The translations under genes and the position numbers were made by a program. 64,000 nt of DNA from contig OZ076409.1 in assembly GCA_964187785.1 (NCBI GenBank), positions 22,632,001 through 22,696,000 of the forward strand, read 5' to 3'. This stretch comes from Amphiscolops sp. MND2022 (lineage: Eukaryota). Of the stretch, positions 59,920 to 64,000 are shown piece by piece. The notes below the pieces were generated by a model that was given only the letters and a program-made list of their open reading frames with translations, was not told where the DNA came from and did no database searches. Each line of letters opens with the position of its first letter. Positions within the stretch are counted from its first letter, which is position 1.

Positions 59920-62900
59920 TCAAAAATACAATGTCTAACGCGACTGAAAAGGCATGTATTATACTTTTAAATTCTTTTCAACCGAAGCTATGCATATTGA
60001 GCTAGCTTCAGCACTCACTTCTCGCGCATGACTAGCTTGTCTCAAGCGGTTTGAGTCTTGACGAGCTCTTCTTATTACTATTTAGTCTGATAATGGTAAA
60101 AAACTTCGTTGATTCACGCAACGAACTTACAAAACTGCAGGGTCTTTTCGGCACAAGCGGTGAATCCTATGTAATATACTGTACTGCAAGCCGTGGTGTC
60201 GAGTCCTCTCACAATTCCTCCGAGGGCACTCCTTTTTGCGTCTATGAAAAGCTGCTGTCAAAATTTTCAAAACATCACTCCGACGTGCAATATTGCAACA
60301 GGTTCCCGCAATCGAGGAGCTCTACACTCTGCTCGTCATTGTGAAACCAGTCACAATTGTCGTCCATGGCATCCCATGTCTTCTGATGTCGATTATTTAA
60401 ATTTTTCAACAGCTTGTCGTTTCTTAATCAGTTCAGCTCTTTAATCGCTTTTTCGTCTCCAGAGAAGAGAGTTATCAGAAGCGTGCAGCGGAACCTATCC
60501 TTCAAAGCCGCCGGAAGCGTGTCGTTTAGTCACTGAATCGCAGGTTTTGTGAACGTTTGCCCAAGGAGACTGTAGTAGAGTCTAGAATACTGAACTTAAT
60601 TGCTGAGAAAACAGAAGTGTGAAAATAATTAAAATACGTAATAATAACAACCTGCCAAATTTAGCCAAAGTGGCAAATTAACATCAATTGCCATAACATC
60701 AGATTCCGTACTAATTCACAGTTGTTAACGAATTCTGTTCTTTCACTAAAGTTCGTTATCGTCAACATGGCGCTGCGAGCTACTGATGACGAATCTTCTA
60801 ATTCACCTGTACCAGGCCTGAAATACTTCTAGCAAGAGGCCGAGAAAGAACCCTCTTACGACTGGGAGCAGTGGCAGCAATTATTGGAAGTTGCAGTACT
60901 AGCTCGACACTCAATTTCTGTAACCGAAATCACCAGGACTGCGGATGAACAAACCCTCGTGTTCCAGCACTGATGGGAAACCTGGAAGAAAATGCGGCTG
61001 CAAGAAAGATAGTAAGCTTACTTTTTTTCATTTCTCTTGGCAAAAATGGCAGAAAAATGATCATGGACAAATTCCCTCAAATTAACATCCTGCTTATTCA
61101 GTTACCCCAATTCTTGCAACATTGAAATGAGTGCTTCCAAACGCGAAGAAATAAAACTATGGATAGACATAACTTTTTGTCAAGAAAGCAAAAGCCGAAC
61201 GAATCCCTTCGCCAGTTTCGGAATGCTTTAAATGGATTGGCGGCTAGATGTAATTTTGGCAATCAGACAGAAGGTCTAGTCTATGACATTTCCGTTCTCA
61301 ACATGTCAACTAAATTGGTTCAAGAAAAGCCCTGCACAGAGCCAAAAGCTACTCCAGCAGAGGCTCTCCAATTCGCAATTGCTTTTGAAGATGGGCTAAA
61401 GAGACAGAAGACATCTGCATACATCGGACAAGAGCCCAAAATAAAAGAAGAACCAGTCTGTGCAGTCAGCGAAAGCAGCTTCAATACAAGAGAGTGTTGG
61501 AGATTTGGCGCCAGAAATTTTACAATGGAACATCTAAAGTTCTGCAAAGGGCCAAATGCGATGTGTAATTACTGCGGCAGAAAAGGACATTTAGAGAAAG
61601 TCTGTAATCAGAAGAAGAAAGACAAACTTCAACAAAATGGCAAATTCAAAGCAAATGGCAGCAGTGAGCAAACAAACCGCCGTGTACAATTAGTCGATCA
61701 GGAGGATGAAGACGATGAAAACATAATGGCTCTAAATGTAAAAGGAGACGAAAACACGAAACCATTTTACATGGAAGGACTCATCAATGGAAACAAATTC
61801 AAAACAATGATCGATTCAAGATCAAAAATACAATGTCTAACGCGACTGAAAAGGCATGTATTATACTTTTAAATTCTTTTCAACCGAAGCTATGCATATT
61901 GAGCTAGCTTCAGCACTCACTTCTCGCGCATGACTAGCTTGTCTCAAGCGGTTTGAGTCTTGACGAGCTCTTCTTATTACTATTTAGTCTGATAATGGTA
62001 AAAAACTTCGTTGATTCACGCAACGAACTTACAAAACTGCAGGGTCTTTTCGGCACAAGCGGTGAATCCTATGTAATATACTGTACTGCAAGCCGTGGTG
62101 TCGAGTCCTCTCACAATTCCTCCGAGGGCACTCCTTTTTGCGTCTATGAAAAGCTGCTGTCAAAATTTTCAAAACATCACTCCGACGTGCAATATTGCAA
62201 CAGGTTCCCGCAATCGAGGAGCTCTACACTCTGCTCGTCATTGTGAAACCAGTCACAATTGTCGTCCATGGCATCCCATGTCTTCTGATGTCGATTATTT
62301 AAATTTTTCAACAGCTTGTCGTTTCTTAATCAGTTCAGCTCTTTAATCGCTTTTTCGTCTCCAGAGAAGAGAGTTATCAGAAGCGTGCAGCGGAACCTAT
62401 CCTTCAAAGCCGCCGGAAGCGTGTCGTTTAGCCACTGAATCGCAGGTTTTGTGAACGTTTGCCCAAGGAGACTGTAGTAGAGTCTAGAATACTGAACTTA
62501 ATTGCTGAGAAAACAGAAGTGTGAAAATAATTAAAATACGTAATAATAACAACCTGCCAAATTTAGCCAAAGTGGCAAATTAACATCAATTGCCATAACA
62601 TCAGATTCCGTACTAATTCACAGTTGTTAACGAATTCTGTTCTTTCACTAAAGTTCGTTATCGTCAACATGGCGCTGCGAGCTACTGATGACGAATCTTC
62701 TAATTCACCTGTACCAGGCCTGAAATACTTCTAGCAAGAGGCCGAGAAAGAACCCTCTTACGACTGGGAGCAGTGGCAGCAATTATTGGAAGTTGCAGTA
62801 CTAGCTCGACACTCAATTTCTGTAACCGAAATCACCAGGACTGCGGATGAACAAACCCTCGTGTTCCAGCACTGATGGGAAACCTGGAAGAAAATGCGGC

Positions 62901-63723
62901 TGCAAGAAAGATAGTAAGCTTACTTTTCATTTCTCTTGGCAAAAATGGCAGAAAAATGATCATGGACAAATTCCCTCAAATTAACATCCTGCTTATTCAG
63001 TTACCCCAATTCTTGCAACATTGAAATGAGTGCTTCCAAACGCGAAGAAATAAAACTATGGATAGACATAACTTTTTGTCAAGAAAGCAAAAGCCGAACG
63101 AATCCCTTCGCCAGTTTCGGAATGCTTTAAATGGATTGGCGGCTAGATGTAATTTTGGCAATCAGACAGAAGGTCTAGTCTATGACATTTCCGTTCTCAA
63201 CATGTCAACTAAATTGGTTCAAGAAAAGCCCTGCACAGAGCCAAAAGCTACTCCAGCAGAGGCTCTCCAATTCGCAATTGCTTTTGAAGATGGGCTAAAG
63301 AGACAGAAGACATCTGCATACATCGGACAAGAGCCCAAAATAAAAGAAGAACCAGTCTGTGCAGTCAGCGAAAGCAGCTTCAATACAAGAGAGTGTTGGA
63401 GATTTGGCGCCAGAAATTTTACAATGGAACATCTAAAGTTCTGCAAAGGGCCAAATGCGATGTGTAATTACTGCGGCAGAAAAGGACATTTAGAGAAAGT
63501 CTGTAATCAGAAGAAGAAAGACAAACTTCAACAAAATGGCAAATTCAAAGCAAATGGCAGCAGTGAGCAAACAAACCGCCGTGTACAATTAGTCGATCAG
63601 GAGGATGAAGACGATGAAAACATAATGGCTCTAAATGTAAAAGGAGACGAAAACACGAAACCATTTTACATGGAAGGACTCATCAATGGAAACAAATTCA
63701 AAACAATGATCGATTCAAGATCA
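59920..63723 (+). repeat. ~1.9-kb tandem duplication (Pao integrase fragment + LTR + gag)
   Basis: Identical ORFs at a +1902 offset; TCA microhomology junction at 61822-61824. Confidence 0.92.
60571..61824 (+). mobile_element. Mag-type Ty3/Gypsy fragment, copy 2 (LTR 60571-60767)
   Basis: As copy 1, plus a 3-nt and a 9-nt length difference. Confidence 0.88.
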
Positions 63724-64000
63724 CCTCTCACAATTTTTGCGCTAGATGAAATAAAGCAGATCATGAAAAGAGAAACCCTTCCCGTGCGCGAGATGATAGA
63801 AGGAGAGAAGTATGTGGACTTTAATGGAAAACCATTAAATCCACTGGGATATGTGTTCTGCGAACTACAAGTGGGCAATCAGTACATTAGGGAAGCGAGA
63901 ATTCTAATTGCCAAAAAGGGAACAAAGTCCATTATCGGTGGAGAGTGGCCCTCTACGTTGAGATACAGAATTACGCCAGTGAATGAAGGTGAGTTAGAAG
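62473..64000 (+). mobile_element. Mag-type Ty3/Gypsy element, copy 3 (LTR 62473-62669; gag-protease runs off the window)
   Basis: Continues past the junction into protease: MIDSRSPLTIF..DFNGKPLNPLG..SIIGGEW. Confidence 0.9.

Larger units (their letters stand above)
53296..62090 (+). repeat. 4393-bp near-identical tandem duplication (first copy 53296-57688, second copy from 57689)
   Basis: Identical ORFs at a +4393 offset; junction CTGCAAGC-C-ATGTAC at 57689. Confidence 0.95.

Noticed and set aside
56178..60767. A full-length LTR element bounded by the LTRs at 56178 and 60571
   Set aside because: Both LTRs have the same upstream flank and are followed by a PBS, with no PPT or TSD; they result from tandem duplication.

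Overview
AT-rich, repeat-dense genomic DNA from an invertebrate animal, with spliceosomal introns and no prokaryotic features. Host genes: (1) a 3' exon of a type-B carboxylesterase (+); (2) a ~25-kb, 14+ exon novel protein kinase C of the delta/theta type (minus strand, CDS 34981->9870), reconstructed by hand, with one GC-AG intron and divergent C1 domains; (3) an intronless FAR-17a/AIG1/ADTRP-family gene nested antisense in a PKC intron; (4) three-exon TDP2; (5) intronless NUDT14. Most of the rest is transposon debris: LINE, RTE and CRE non-LTR remnants, a Penelope GIY-YIG end with a hammerhead remnant, Tc1, hAT, piggyBac- and Mutator-like MITEs, Helentron-like repeats, tRNA-derived repeats, and a BEL/Pao element with an inserted Mag-type Gypsy element that was tandemly duplicated in two nested steps (53.3-64 kb). 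The most intriguing observations are two back-to-back spacerless palindromes behind a tRNA-like Pol III head, MITEs with different arms sharing one structured core, and a cassette of unknown ORFs (two small membrane proteins) antisense to a Gypsy remnant. All family assignments come from motif recognition, not database searches.
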